64,000 nucleotides of DNA from a candidate division Kazan bacterium RIFCSPHIGHO2_01_FULL_44_14 (GCA_001771185.1 METB01000001.1:5875-69874), one strand, 5' to 3'. Shown: positions 49,111-62,387, counted from the stretch's first letter. Notes: generated by a model not told the origin, from the sequence alone. Made by a program: numbers and translations.

Positions 49111-52014
49111 ATGTTCTTGAGCGGATGGAATTTGCTACTCGTCAGCTTACTGGTAACTGGTTGGCTGATTTTGTTTTGGCTGGTTGTTGTTTGGCGGAAG
49201 AATTCGATTAATAGTCGGCCGATGGTGGAACCAACTACTAAACCGGCAGGGTTGGCCGAATCCAAAATTACACCGACCACGGTGCCGATTTCAGCAGAAG
49301 GCAAGAGTCAGGAAGGGGTGGTGTTAGCAATCGAAGTACCAAAAGAAAATGAGACCACGCCATTGGCGGCCGAATTGATGTTCGCTTCTCTGCACGGGAT
49401 TTATCGGCCAGAGTTGGATAAGCGCAAGGATTTAACCCAAGAACATGTTGCGTTTGAATTGCAGGCCAAAGAAAAATCAATTCGATTTTTTGTGTGGGTA
49501 CCGCGTCATTTGCAGGGCTATGTCGAAGGACAAGTTTATGCCCAGTACCCAGGTGTAAATGTGTATGAAGTGAAGGATTATGCCAAGACCGAAAAAGTCG
49601 AGGGTGACTTGAGCGCGGCCGCAGCCGAGTTGTCATTGGTTCGAGAAGATATTTTCCCGATTAAGGGTTTTGATAACTTTGATGTTGATCCATTGGCTGG
49701 GATTACGGCGACTTTGAGCAAACTAGAAGGAGTATCGCAAGTCCGGATCCAAATTTTGATGCGGCCAGAAAGTGACGCCTGGAGAAATCGAGCGATTAAC
49801 TATATCGCAGCAATTAAGGCCGGTAAGAAGGACTTTAAAACTACTCTGATAAAGGGGCTGACCGGCTTGGCTTCGGATGTGGTGCGGACCGCAATTAGCG
49901 GTCAACCAACTCCACCGCTAGTTCCCGGTAAAGTTGAATTAGCGCCAGGGGTAGATGAAGTTTTAAAACGAATTGAAGAGAAAAGTAATAAACTGGGTTT
50001 TCAAACTCGGATTCGGATAGTGGCTCTGGACCAATCTATTCCAACGGCTCGACAGAAATTGGATTTGGTAGTTGGTTCATTCAAACAATTCAATACCACT
50101 AACCTGAATGGTTTTGTAGCATCTCCGATTAGCGCATCGGCGGCAGCAATTTTACGGGCCTATGAACAACGTCAATTTGGTGGCAGCGGTTCGGTATTAA
50201 ATGTCGCGGAACTGGCCAGCATTTATCATTTGCCGAGTAAAACCGTGACTACTCCGCATATTGTGTGGGCGGGAAGTAAGAAGGGGGAGCCACCGGCGAA
50301 TTTGCCGTTGGCGGATGAAATTCCGGCTGAAGAACTGACGAATTTAGGCCTGACTGATTTCCGTGGTAGCACGGAAAAATTTGGGATTAAAATAAAAGAT
50401 CGTCGCCGACATATTTATATCATTGGGAAAAGCGGTGTAGGTAAATCAACATTATTAGAGAATATGACACTCGATGATATTCGCGAACGGAGGGGGGTGG
50501 GGGTAGTGGATCCGCACGGTGAGTATGTGGATTATGTGTTGGAGCGAATTCCGTCTTATCGAGTGAATGATGTGATTATATTTGATCCAGGCGACCGGGC
50601 CTTTCCAATTGGATTTAATGTTTTGGAAGTTGATACTCCAGACCAAAAAGTAGTCACGGCTTCGGGAGTAGTCGGCGTATTCAAAAAAATCTTTGGTGAG
50701 TCGTGGGGGCCACGACTTGAATATTGGTTGTCTTCGGCTATCTTGGCTTTGCTGGACTATCCTGACGCGACTCTGATGATGGTCCCGCGGTTATTCACGG
50801 ATGACATATTTCGGGCAGGAGTAATTGATGTGGTGAAAGATCCAGTAATCAAACAGCGCTGGTTAAATGAATACGATCGGTTGGATCAGCGCCAAAGAAA
50901 TGAAACAATTTCACCAATTTTAAATAAGGTCGGGCAGTTCTTGTCGTCTTCGGTTATCCGTAATATTGTGGGCCAGCCCAAGAGTTCGATTGATATGCGA
51001 CAAGTAATGGATGAAGGCAAAATCGTTTTGATTAAATTGGCCAAGGGGTTGATTGGGGAAGATAACGCGGCGTTACTTGGAGCGTTAATGATTACCAAGT
51101 TACAGTTGGCGGCTTTGAGCCGGGCCGATGTCGAAGAAACCAAACGGCCTGATTTTTTCTTGTATGTGGATGAGTTCCAAAACTTTGCCACTGATTCGTT
51201 TGCCACGATTTTGTCGGAAGCCAGAAAATATCATTTGAGTTTAACATTGGCCAACCAATATATGAGCCAATTGTCCGATACGGTTAAGAACGCAATTTTT
51301 GGTAATGTCGGAACCCTAATTTCATTTAGAGTTGGTGGTGATGACGCAGGATTTTTGACCAAGGAATTTGCGCCAGTATTTGACGAGCAGGACTTGGTCA
51401 ATTTGGACATTTTCAAAATCTATTTGAAATTGTCGATTGACGGGCTGACAGCAAACGCGTTCTCGGCCGTGACTTTGCCGCCTTCAACCGATCAAAATCA
51501 AGGTAATGATAAAATCATTAAGTTGTCGCGGGAGCGGTATGCCAAAGATGTGGCATTCGTGGAGGGCAAGGTGCTATCAAGTGCGGATGTCAGCGCGGCA
51601 CTGTCTTCGGCGGGGCAATCCCGGCCTCCACAGTCGTCTCGATACTCCCAACGGCCACAGATGGGCAATAGAGCGCCTTATGCACCTTCTTATCCGGCCA
51701 GTCCGGCTTATCGTCAACCCGGTCTGTCGGCCAGTTCTTCTGCTCCCACCCGGCAGGGTCCAAAAGTGGATTTGTTGAAGAATTTGATCTCTAAAGTTGA
51801 GCGTCAAAAGCAGACGCCGTTGAGCGAAAGCGAAAAAGCCGATGTGGCAAAGACCTTGATGAATGACTTGAAAGACGCTGACGGTTCAATGAAAGACGCA
51901 CTGGATCGAGCCAGGAAACAGCGGGAAGAGGAACAAAAAAACTCCAGCGAACTAAAACCGAACGAGACAATCAAGTTGGATGATGATTATGATCCGCATA
52001 ATGAGCGGAGATAA
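49111..52014 (+). CDS. Membrane-anchored HerA/DUF87 + TraD/TraG-C-like P-loop ATPase (type IV coupling-protein-like), paralog 1
   Basis: N-terminal TM helix, Walker A GKSGVGKST followed by VVDPHGEY (the HerA-like hallmark), C-terminal FLYVDEFQNF...ARKYHLSLTLANQ (TraD/TraG C-terminal-like), and a disordered S/P/Q-rich tail. Confidence 0.65.
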   Translation: MFLSGWNLLLVSLLVTGWLILFWLVVVWRKNSINSRPMVEPTTKPAGLAESKITPTTVPISAEGKSQEGVVLAIEVPKENETTPLAAELMFASLHGIYRPELDKRKDLTQEHVAFELQAKEKSIRFFVWVPRHLQGYVEGQVYAQYPGVNVYEVKDYAKTEKVEGDLSAAAAELSLVREDIFPIKGFDNFDVDPLAGITATLSKLEGVSQVRIQILMRPESDAWRNRAINYIAAIKAGKKDFKTTLIKGLTGLASDVVRTAISGQPTPPLVPGKVELAPGVDEVLKRIEEKSNKLGFQTRIRIVALDQSIPTARQKLDLVVGSFKQFNTTNLNGFVASPISASAAAILRAYEQRQFGGSGSVLNVAELASIYHLPSKTVTTPHIVWAGSKKGEPPANLPLADEIPAEELTNLGLTDFRGSTEKFGIKIKDRRRHIYIIGKSGVGKSTLLENMTLDDIRERRGVGVVDPHGEYVDYVLERIPSYRVNDVIIFDPGDRAFPIGFNVLEVDTPDQKVVTASGVVGVFKKIFGESWGPRLEYWLSSAILALLDYPDATLMMVPRLFTDDIFRAGVIDVVKDPVIKQRWLNEYDRLDQRQRNETISPILNKVGQFLSSSVIRNIVGQPKSSIDMRQVMDEGKIVLIKLAKGLIGEDNAALLGALMITKLQLAALSRADVEETKRPDFFLYVDEFQNFATDSFATILSEARKYHLSLTLANQYMSQLSDTVKNAIFGNVGTLISFRVGGDDAGFLTKEFAPVFDEQDLVNLDIFKIYLKLSIDGLTANAFSAVTLPPSTDQNQGNDKIIKLSRERYAKDVAFVEGKVLSSADVSAALSSAGQSRPPQSSRYSQRPQMGNRAPYAPSYPASPAYRQPGLSASSSAPTRQGPKVDLLKNLISKVERQKQTPLSESEKADVAKTLMNDLKDADGSMKDALDRARKQREEEQKNSSELKPNETIKLDDDYDPHNERR

Positions 52015-52102
52015 TTTAATCAATCTCACCAATCTAGACCAATCTTTGCCAATCTGGAGAAAACTCCCTTTGGTTAGATTTCTCTTGCAACATGGGTGGT
52101 AA

Positions 52103-54591
<2,489 letters not shown>

Positions 54592-54659
54592 TGTGATACA
54601 TTCAGGCGTCAGTTTTTAGTGTTCTTTTACATGTTGTATTGTTACATCACTGGGAGGTG

Positions 54660-55136
54660 AGTGTATTGTCAGGTAAGAGCAAGGAAGGGGGCAGAGCCGA
54701 TGGGGAGCAAAAATTATCCCTTTCAATGACCACGAAGGTGGGCGGAACGGTGAGGGATTATCTTGAAGTATTCCCACTAGAAGCGAAGATTGCCGATGTG
54801 GCACCTGGGCTAACAGTGTCGTATGCGGAGCCCGAAATGACGGTAGGGGAATATCTGAAAAGGTATCCATACAGATCACAGGGTCGATTTAAACAAAGTC
54901 ATCTAGGGTTCCCAGATCCAAAAGTTCCTACCATTCCGAGACAGACAGCATCTAACTGGACCAATGACAGGGAACACTGCGAACATTTTCGCGAAGAGCG
55001 CTGTATCATTAATGGCGTGTGGATTGGTCAATGCATGATTGATCGGTGCGCAAACCGCCCCGACCTTAGAAGCCACCAGCCGACAGCGCAATCTGAACAA
55101 GTGCATTCCGAGGGGGTGATGACGAGTGGAACGTAA
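54660..55136 (+). CDS. Orphan Cys-rich hypothetical protein (GC-elevated cassette 5a)
   Basis: GTG start after a GGGAGG RBS. No recognisable domain. Confidence 0.35.
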   Translation, partial: SVLSGKSKEGGRADGEQKLSLSMTTKVGGTVRDYLEVFPLEAKIADVAPGLTVSYAEPEMTVGEYLKRYPYRSQGRFKQSHLGFPDPKVPTIPRQTASNWTNDREHCEHFREERCIINGVWIGQCMIDRCANRPDLRSHQPTAQSEQVHSEGVMTSGT

Positions 55137-55262
55137 AGAAGAGGTGAGATTCAGGACGCACCCGGGTGACCATGGTTATCTCGGGTTGGGCCCAATTAGC
55201 ACCGCAAAACGGGTACATGGTTTCCGAGCGTATTTCCAGGCCTGTTGTGACGGCTGGAAAAT

Positions 55263-55619
55263 ATGGATTCGGCGGAGACGGCGACAGATGGCCAGACGGT
55301 GACTGGTGAATCTTTTAGCGGAGATCTAGTCAAAGGAGGTTGGCGAAATCTTATGTCAGGTGAACAGGACGATACGAAATCAAGTGCGACTTTAAAACAG
55401 TGGCGGGACATGGTCCGGCATGCTTTCACCCAAGAACAGTTGCGTTCAATAGAACAAAACCAGCGAATGTTAGGAAAGCAACTGTCACCCATGCATCAGA
55501 CAAAGTTTGAGCGGACTCTCCGGTTGCGTGCCGGAAAAATTCGCCAAGAGGTTTGCCAGAAGGCCATAGAGGAAGCAGAGAAGGATTATCAAGCGACTAT
55601 GGCAAAGATCGGTGACTAA
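55263..55619 (+). CDS. Orphan hypothetical protein (cassette 5b)
   Basis: 118 aa, helical and charged, followed by a terminator. Confidence 0.35.
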   Translation: MDSAETATDGQTVTGESFSGDLVKGGWRNLMSGEQDDTKSSATLKQWRDMVRHAFTQEQLRSIEQNQRMLGKQLSPMHQTKFERTLRLRAGKIRQEVCQKAIEEAEKDYQATMAKIGD

Positions 55620-55650
55620 AGGTCTGATAACGAGATTGTTTCTTTTGCTT

Positions 55651-55687
55651 AACCCGCTCTAGGGTATCTGGAGCGGGTTTTTTCTTT
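55651..55687 (+). terminator. Rho-independent terminator aacccgctc...gagcgggtt + TTTTCTTT
   Basis: A 9-bp stem followed by a T-tract. Confidence 0.7.
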
Positions 55688-55766
55688 GTCTTTGGTCTGA
55701 TTTTTCAGGTATAATGACCCCATAGAATGAGTGTAATAACCAATCACCAAGCACCAAATTCCAAAA

Positions 55767-56075
55767 ATGAAAACGGGGAAATTACCAAAGGAACAAGTTG
55801 ATTGGGTGGCTAAATTGGCCCATATCGGGCTGACTGGGTCAGAAACGTCTAAGTATGCCGAAGAACTGTCGGCGGTTTTGGGGTATGTCGATGAATTACA
55901 GAAAGTGGATACCTCAACGGTGGATGAAACCATGCAGATTACTGATTTAAAAAATGTCACAGCGGTTGATGCAATTGGTAAATGCGAAATTGTTCGCGAA
56001 GAATTTTTACAGCGGGCGCCGACATCAGAAAAAGGTTATATCAAGGTGAAGAAAGTGTTTGACAGAAAAGTATAA
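55767..56075 (+). CDS. gatC: Glu-tRNA(Gln) amidotransferase subunit C
   Basis: About 100 aa. VDWVAKLAHIGLTGSETSKYAEELSAVLGYVDEL is typical of GatC. Confidence 0.85.
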   Translation: MKTGKLPKEQVDWVAKLAHIGLTGSETSKYAEELSAVLGYVDELQKVDTSTVDETMQITDLKNVTAVDAIGKCEIVREEFLQRAPTSEKGYIKVKKVFDRKV

Positions 56076-56163
56076 CTTTTCTGTCATCCTGAACTTGTTT
56101 CAGGATCTAGGTGCTGAAACCCCTCGGTAAATTCGGGACATTGTAAGTTCAGCATGACAGAGT

Positions 56164-57516
56164 ATGAATATTGAAGAAGCGGAAAAATTAGGGATTGAAC
56201 AGGCAACAAAGGAATCGCTGACGACGATTAAAGTCAAATCCGATTTGAATGCAATATTGGCTACTGTTGCCAAACCGATTATTTCAAAAACTGGCATTCT
56301 GAATGTGCCGTATTTGTGCAAAGACAATATTGTCACGCTGGGAACCAAGACGACTGCCGCCTCAAAAATTTTGGAGAATTTTGAGTCGCCATATGAGGCA
56401 ACAGTGGTCAGACGTTTGCGCGAAGCTGGAGCGGTTTTAATCGGCAAAACTAACCTGGATGAATTTGCGATGGGCTCCAGTACCGAAAATTCGGCTTACG
56501 GCGTGACCAAAAACCCAGTTGACGAGACCAGAGTGCCAGGGGGAAGTTCGGGTGGGAGTGCGGCCGCGGTGGCCTCTGGAATGGTCCCATTTGCATTAGG
56601 TAGTGATACGGGTGGCTCGATTCGACAACCGGCTAGTTTTTGTGGAGTAGTGGGGCTGATGCCGACTTATGGTCGAGTTAGCCGGTACGGATTAATTGCG
56701 ATGGCTAGTTCTTTAGATCGAATCGGTCCAATCACGACTTGTGTCAAAGATGCAGCCCGGGTATTGCAAATAATTGCCGGATATGATGAACATGATTCTA
56801 CAACGGTAGATATTGAAGTTCCGGATTATGTGAGTGTGTTGGATGGCGATATTAAGGGCTTGAAGATTGGAGTGCCGAAAGAATATTTTGGCGAGGGGGT
56901 GAATGAAACAATCGTTCAAGTGGTGCGTTTGGGAATTGAAATGTTAGAAAAACAGGGAGCTGTTGTTCGAGAGATTTCTTTGCCCAATTCCAAATATGCC
57001 TTGGCGACTTACTATATTATTCAACCCAGCGAGGTGTCGGCCAACTTAGCCCGGTATGACGGAATTCGATACGGCATTAGTGCTAAGGATGCTAATAATT
57101 TATGGGAAGTGTATGACAAATCGCGGGCCCAAGGTTTTGGAGTGGAAGTGAAGCGCCGAATTATGTTGGGAACTTATACATTGTCGGCGGGTTTTCGCGA
57201 CGCTTATTATGACAAGGCCCAGCGGGTGAGAACTTTAATTAAACAAGATTTTGATAAGGCATTTGAGCAAGTCGATGTAATAATTTCTCCAACTACTCCG
57301 ACGGTAGCTTTTAAAATTGGTGAACGAGTCCAAGACCCTTTGAGCATGTACAGAGCTGATTTATTGACTGCCCCCGCCAGTTTGGCGGGTCTGCCAGCTA
57401 TTTCGGTGCCGGGTGGCGAAGTCGAAGGGCTACCGGTTGGCTTGCAAATCATGGGCCGACAGTTTGATGAAAAGACGATTTTGCGGGTGGCATATGCTTA
57501 TGAACAAGTAAGATAA
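56164..57516 (+). CDS. gatA: Glu-tRNA(Gln) amidotransferase subunit A (amidase signature)
   Basis: Amidase signature [12 protein letters not shown] and the Ser-cisSer-Lys triad context. Confidence 0.95.
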   Translation: MNIEEAEKLGIEQATKESLTTIKVKSDLNAILATVAKPIISKTGILNVPYLCKDNIVTLGTKTTAASKILENFESPYEATVVRRLREAGAVLIGKTNLDEFAMGSSTENSAYGVTKNPVDETRVPGGSSGGSAAAVASGMVPFALGSDTGGSIRQPASFCGVVGLMPTYGRVSRYGLIAMASSLDRIGPITTCVKDAARVLQIIAGYDEHDSTTVDIEVPDYVSVLDGDIKGLKIGVPKEYFGEGVNETIVQVVRLGIEMLEKQGAVVREISLPNSKYALATYYIIQPSEVSANLARYDGIRYGISAKDANNLWEVYDKSRAQGFGVEVKRRIMLGTYTLSAGFRDAYYDKAQRVRTLIKQDFDKAFEQVDVIISPTTPTVAFKIGERVQDPLSMYRADLLTAPASLAGLPAISVPGGEVEGLPVGLQIMGRQFDEKTILRVAYAYEQVR

Positions 57517-57644
57517 GTATTGGGTTACGAATATTAAAAGATTATTTCCTGAGTAAGCGAAGCGCATCGAAGGATTACCATGGAGTAGGTCTTCAACTGC
57601 GCCTAGTCGGCTTCGCTCAGACAATAAATAGAGGATAATAATTT

Positions 57645-58058
57645 ATGATTTACGGCTGGATAATTTTTATTGTGACGTTGGTGGGTGGCGGACTTTTATT
57701 GTACGCCATATCCAAAAAACGAACCCTGTCTGATGCGGATAAGGCAAAAATTCAGCGAACTTGGATCAATCTCGAATTATTAATTGAGGGCGATAATGAA
57801 TCGGAATGGGTTAAAGCCATCTTTGAGGCGGATAAATTGTTGAATTATGTATTGCAGCAAAGGCAGGTGGCTGGCAGTAATCTTGGTGAACGGTTACGAA
57901 ATTCCCGGTCATTGTTCGGCAATGTTGATGTCGCCTGGCAAGCTCACAAGGTTCGAAATGAACTGGCTCACAATATTGATACTAGATTAACGCGATTGCA
58001 AGTGGAAAGAACGATCGATAATTTCCGGCGGGCCTTAAAACAGCTGGGAGCATTATAA
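57645..58058 (+). CDS. TM-anchored small protein with an R-x4-H (HEPN-like) motif, inserted between gatA and gatB
   Basis: N-terminal TM helix, then a predicted all-alpha region containing VRNELAHN (R-N-x3-H). Confidence 0.35.
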   Translation: MIYGWIIFIVTLVGGGLLLYAISKKRTLSDADKAKIQRTWINLELLIEGDNESEWVKAIFEADKLLNYVLQQRQVAGSNLGERLRNSRSLFGNVDVAWQAHKVRNELAHNIDTRLTRLQVERTIDNFRRALKQLGAL

Positions 58059-58098
58059 ATAATCTAATCAATTTCATCCGATCTCACCAATCTAATCA

Positions 58099-59463
58099 AT
58101 GAATAAAACAATCGACAAATATGAGGCGACGATTGGACTGGAAATCCACGTTCAACTTGGAACCAAATCCAAGATGTTTTGTCGGTGCGACAATAATTCG
58201 GATACAGCCAAACCCAATACCAATGTCTGCCCAGTGTGCATGGGCTATCCTGGAACTTTGCCGGTGATTAATGGTCAAACAATCGATTGGGGAATTAAAA
58301 CCGCTCTAGCGTTGGGTTGTTCGATTAATCCAATGCAACGGTTTGATCGCAAAAATTATTTTTATCCTGATTTACCCAAGGGTTATCAAATTTCCCAATT
58401 CTTTTATCCGGTGGGTGAAAAAGGTAATCTGGTGGTGGATTATTTGGGGACTGATCGGAAGACCAAACATGAATTTACAGTCGGGATTACCCGACTCCAT
58501 TTAGAAGAAGATGCCGGAAAACTGGTCCATACTTCGGATGCTACATTGGTGGACTTGAATCGGTGTGGGACTCCATTGGCCGAAATTGTAACCGAACCAG
58601 ACATTAAGTCGCCCGAAGAAGCCAGGGCGTTTATGCAGGAACTGCAATGCCTCGTTCGATTACTGGGTGTGTCATCGGCTGACATGGAAAAAGGTCACCT
58701 GCGGGTGGACGCGAATGTATCGGTCAGACCAATTGGACAGCCAACATTAGGAGCCAAAGTCGAAGTTAAAAACATGAACTCGTTTAAGTTTATGGAACAA
58801 GCGCTCAAATTTGAAATTGTTAGACAGACCGAAATGTTGGAACGGGGCGAGAAAATAGAACAAGAAACCAGGGGCTGGGACGAAAAAACCAATTCAACTG
58901 TGTCGCAACGCAGTAAAGAAGGTTCGGTGGACTATCGGTATTTCCCAGAACCGGATTTGCCACCGATTACTATCAATGATGAACAGATCGAAAAGTGGAA
59001 CCGATCATTGATATTGCCGTCCGTTCTGCGCGAAAGAGCAGAACAAAAAGGTTTAGCATATGACCGGGTTGTTGAATTACAAGATAAAGATAAGTTGGTG
59101 CTGTTTTTGGGGGTGTTGCATTCAAGGGGTGGACTCAATCCTACCCAAGTCGCAAACTGGATTGAAAAATTTAATGACGAGGAAAAGTTAATCGAATTTA
59201 TGGATGTAGTTGGTAAACACAATCTTTCAACTACGGCTGCCAAAAAATATTTAGAAACCGGTAAAATTCCCGAAACAATGGATGATGCTGTTTTGCGAGA
59301 AATGGTCGGTCAGGTATTAGATGAAAATCCGGAGGTGGTAGCCAAGTTTAAGGCCGGTGATGTTAAGGTGTCGGCCTATTTGATGGGGCAAGTGATCAAA
59401 AAGAGTGGGGGAGGGGCAGAACCCGCTCTGGTACAGCAAATTTTGATAGACCTATTGACATAA
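58099..59463 (+). CDS. gatB: Glu-tRNA(Gln) amidotransferase subunit B
   Basis: IGLEIHVQL, a C-x2-C Zn site, and a C-terminal GatB/YqeY domain. Confidence 0.95.
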   Translation: MNKTIDKYEATIGLEIHVQLGTKSKMFCRCDNNSDTAKPNTNVCPVCMGYPGTLPVINGQTIDWGIKTALALGCSINPMQRFDRKNYFYPDLPKGYQISQFFYPVGEKGNLVVDYLGTDRKTKHEFTVGITRLHLEEDAGKLVHTSDATLVDLNRCGTPLAEIVTEPDIKSPEEARAFMQELQCLVRLLGVSSADMEKGHLRVDANVSVRPIGQPTLGAKVEVKNMNSFKFMEQALKFEIVRQTEMLERGEKIEQETRGWDEKTNSTVSQRSKEGSVDYRYFPEPDLPPITINDEQIEKWNRSLILPSVLRERAEQKGLAYDRVVELQDKDKLVLFLGVLHSRGGLNPTQVANWIEKFNDEEKLIEFMDVVGKHNLSTTAAKKYLETGKIPETMDDAVLREMVGQVLDENPEVVAKFKAGDVKVSAYLMGQVIKKSGGGAEPALVQQILIDLLT

Positions 59464-59517
59464 TAAATAAAGTGTGGTATAATAGATTTGAAAGGTAAAA
59501 ATAACGAAAAACCGTTT

Positions 59518-59847
59518 ATGGGACAAGAAAAACGGGGGAATAATAAGCAAGAAGGACAGAAGGGTTCATTTTACGAACAAGATAAAAAACCCCAGCCAAT
59601 TGAGCTAACTGGTTCGAGGATGGCTCCAGACGCCGAGTTTGAGCCAGAGGTGGCGGTGCCTTTTTCTGATCACGAGGCATTTCCAGAGGACGCCAATCAG
59701 AGAGCGGTTGGAATAATGGAAGTAGTTACAGAAAGAAGTTTAGGCCAATCGGATGATATTTACGCCAAGATTGATGAGATTCTCGACTCAAATCTAACGA
59801 CAGATAGTAGAGCGATGTATAAGGTTACAAACGCGCTCAATAACTAA
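59518..59847 (+). CDS. Small acidic hypothetical protein upstream of ATPase paralog 2
   Basis: About 110 aa from the ATG at 59518, rich in E/D/P. Confidence 0.35.
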   Translation: MGQEKRGNNKQEGQKGSFYEQDKKPQPIELTGSRMAPDAEFEPEVAVPFSDHEAFPEDANQRAVGIMEVVTERSLGQSDDIYAKIDEILDSNLTTDSRAMYKVTNALNN

Positions 59848-59856
59848 AACCGAATC

Positions 59857-62262
59857 ATGACTTGGCTGGGGATAATAATTGGATTGGTTGGGCTGGCCAT
59901 TATCGGCTGGTTTATTTTTATGCGCAAAAAGCCAGTAGTTCAGCAAGACGATGTTAGAACTCGGGTTAATTTAATGATTACAGTCCCACAGGGGAAGAGA
60001 GACGACGCCCAAAAAGAACTCAAGGCATTGATTTCGCCAATGGAAGTAATTTTGGGAAACCTGACCGGAGTAGCCGAAGTGGTAGGGGAACGGCACTTTA
60101 CTTTTGAAATTGCGACCGAAGGGGAGTTGATTACATTTTACTTAACTGCGCCTGAAGAACTGGTAGATTTTGTGGAAAAACAAATTACTTCTCAATATCC
60201 GGAAGCGGCGGTGGAACGGGCGCCGTATCCAAATATTTTTCCCAAAGAGGGGAGAACGGCGGCTACTCAACTTAAATTAAAGAAAGAAAGTTGGTTGCCG
60301 ATTGTAACTTTTGAAAAGATGACAACTGACGGATTGAATGCGTTAACCAACGCTTTAAGTAAATTGGTAGATATGAAGTCCGGGGCCAGTATTCAGATTG
60401 CTTTTCGTCCAACTACTAATAGCAAATGGCAAGGAAAAGCCCACGGTATCGCTCGGGCCATGCAACAAGGCAAGGAATCAGGTAGTATCAGTAAAGGAGT
60501 AATTAAAGGCCTGACTGGGCTAGTTGGCCCCCAAGATAAAGACAAGGGTGGCGAAGTTCCGAAGAAGTTGACTCAACTTCAGGAAGAGGTGATTGGCCGG
60601 ATTGAACAAAAGGCCTCAAAACCAGGATTTGATGTAGTAATCCGATTAATCACCGCTGCTCCAGACGAACCATCTGCTAGAATGCACCTCAAGTCATTGG
60701 CAGATAGTTTTTTGCAATTTAGTTCGCCGGAGTTAAATCAATTTGAAGCCAGCAATCAAATCGAACAAGAAGTAATTCGCAATTATGTATTGCGTCAGTT
60801 TGGTGACATAAAAAATAGTTTCATTTTAAATACTGAAGAGTTAGCGACTATTTTCCATATTCCAACAGTTCAGACCGATACACCAAACCTTAGATGGCAA
60901 AAAGCCAAGCGGTTGGCTGGACCGGACAATCTGCCGAGTGAAGGTGTGATTTTGGGTAAAAATGTGTTTCGAGGAGTCGAAAAAACGGTTCGAATCAAAA
61001 CTGATGACCGGCGTCGGCATATTTATACGATTGGTAAAACCGGGACTGGTAAAACTACCTGGATGCAGAATCTGGCCTTGCAGGACATTATCAATGGCGA
61101 GGGAGTGTGTGTAATTGATCCTCACGGCGACATGATTGAATGGATTCTTCAGCGGGTGCCAAAAGACCGGGTAGATGATGTAATCTATTTTTATCCGCCA
61201 GACATTGAACGACCGTTAGGATTGAATTTATTAGAAGCCAAAACCGCGGCCGCGCGCGATATGGTGGTAGCGGAAATGATCGCGATTTTCTATAAGTTAT
61301 TTGATCCGCAGAGTTCAGGAATTGTCGGTCCGATTTTTGAACACTATATGCGAAATTCGATGTTGCTACTACTGGCCGATTCTGAAGAAGGGGCGACGCT
61401 CATTGATATTCCGAGGGTCTTTACTGACAGGGCGTTTCGCGAACGCAAGTTACAACATGTGACCGACCCAACGGTGTTGCGGTTCTGGAAAGAAGAGTTT
61501 GCCCAGGCCGAAAAAAGTAATCAAGTAGGGGAGTTGTTCTCTTATATTGTTTCGAAGGTGGGACGGTTTATTAGCAACGAAATGATGCGGAATATTGTTG
61601 GTCAAACCAAGAGCGCTTTTGATATTCGAGACATTATGGACAACAAAAAGATTTTATTGGTGAACTTGGCTAAGGGCTTAACTGGTGATATTAACAGCAA
61701 CCTGCTCGGATTTATTATTGTGTCAAAACTGCAGATGGCAGCGCTTAGTCGGGCCGATGTGCCAGAAGCCAACCGGCCTGACTTCTATTTGTATATTGAT
61801 GAATTTCAGAATGTAACCACCGATTCAATTTCAACGATTTTGTCAGAGGCCAGAAAGTATCGGCTGAACTTAACTATCGCTCACCAGTTTGTGGCTCAAC
61901 TAGAAGATAAGATTCGTGATGCGGTGCTAGGCAATGTGGGCTCGATTGTGGCCTTCCGAATTGGAGCACTGGACACCGATGTAATCGGCAAGGAATTTGC
62001 GCCAGAAGTGAGTGAGAATGATTTAGTGAATATTGAGAGTCGGAATGCCTATGTGAAATTAATGATTAGTGGAGCCTCTAGCAAGCCCTTTACCATGCAG
62101 ACACTACCCCCAATGGGGTCTGATAACCCTCGAATTGGTCAGGCCATCAAGCAACTGTCACGACTGAAGTTTGGTAAAGATCGCCGGACTGTCGAATTAC
62201 AGGTCGGAGAAAGAATTAAATATGTGAAAGATATTGACCTGTCTGGGAGGTTGCCATTATAG
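59857..62262 (+). CDS. Membrane-anchored HerA/DUF87 + TraD/TraG-C-like ATPase, paralog 2
   Basis: Same architecture as 49111-52014: TM helix, Walker A GKTGTGKTT + VIDPHGDM, and YLYIDEFQNV...ARKYRLNLTIAHQ. The N-terminal ~400-aa domains are also homologous. Confidence 0.65.
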   Translation: MTWLGIIIGLVGLAIIGWFIFMRKKPVVQQDDVRTRVNLMITVPQGKRDDAQKELKALISPMEVILGNLTGVAEVVGERHFTFEIATEGELITFYLTAPEELVDFVEKQITSQYPEAAVERAPYPNIFPKEGRTAATQLKLKKESWLPIVTFEKMTTDGLNALTNALSKLVDMKSGASIQIAFRPTTNSKWQGKAHGIARAMQQGKESGSISKGVIKGLTGLVGPQDKDKGGEVPKKLTQLQEEVIGRIEQKASKPGFDVVIRLITAAPDEPSARMHLKSLADSFLQFSSPELNQFEASNQIEQEVIRNYVLRQFGDIKNSFILNTEELATIFHIPTVQTDTPNLRWQKAKRLAGPDNLPSEGVILGKNVFRGVEKTVRIKTDDRRRHIYTIGKTGTGKTTWMQNLALQDIINGEGVCVIDPHGDMIEWILQRVPKDRVDDVIYFYPPDIERPLGLNLLEAKTAAARDMVVAEMIAIFYKLFDPQSSGIVGPIFEHYMRNSMLLLLADSEEGATLIDIPRVFTDRAFRERKLQHVTDPTVLRFWKEEFAQAEKSNQVGELFSYIVSKVGRFISNEMMRNIVGQTKSAFDIRDIMDNKKILLVNLAKGLTGDINSNLLGFIIVSKLQMAALSRADVPEANRPDFYLYIDEFQNVTTDSISTILSEARKYRLNLTIAHQFVAQLEDKIRDAVLGNVGSIVAFRIGALDTDVIGKEFAPEVSENDLVNIESRNAYVKLMISGASSKPFTMQTLPPMGSDNPRIGQAIKQLSRLKFGKDRRTVELQVGERIKYVKDIDLSGRLPL

Positions 62263-62387
62263 GTTAAAAATAGTATGCTCGGGCATACCAGAATAAATAA
62301 CAAATATCAAATGACAAACAAATTCCAAATTTCAAATACCAAACCAAATACCAAGTTCTAAACAAGATAAACAAGAAAGGAAACAAA

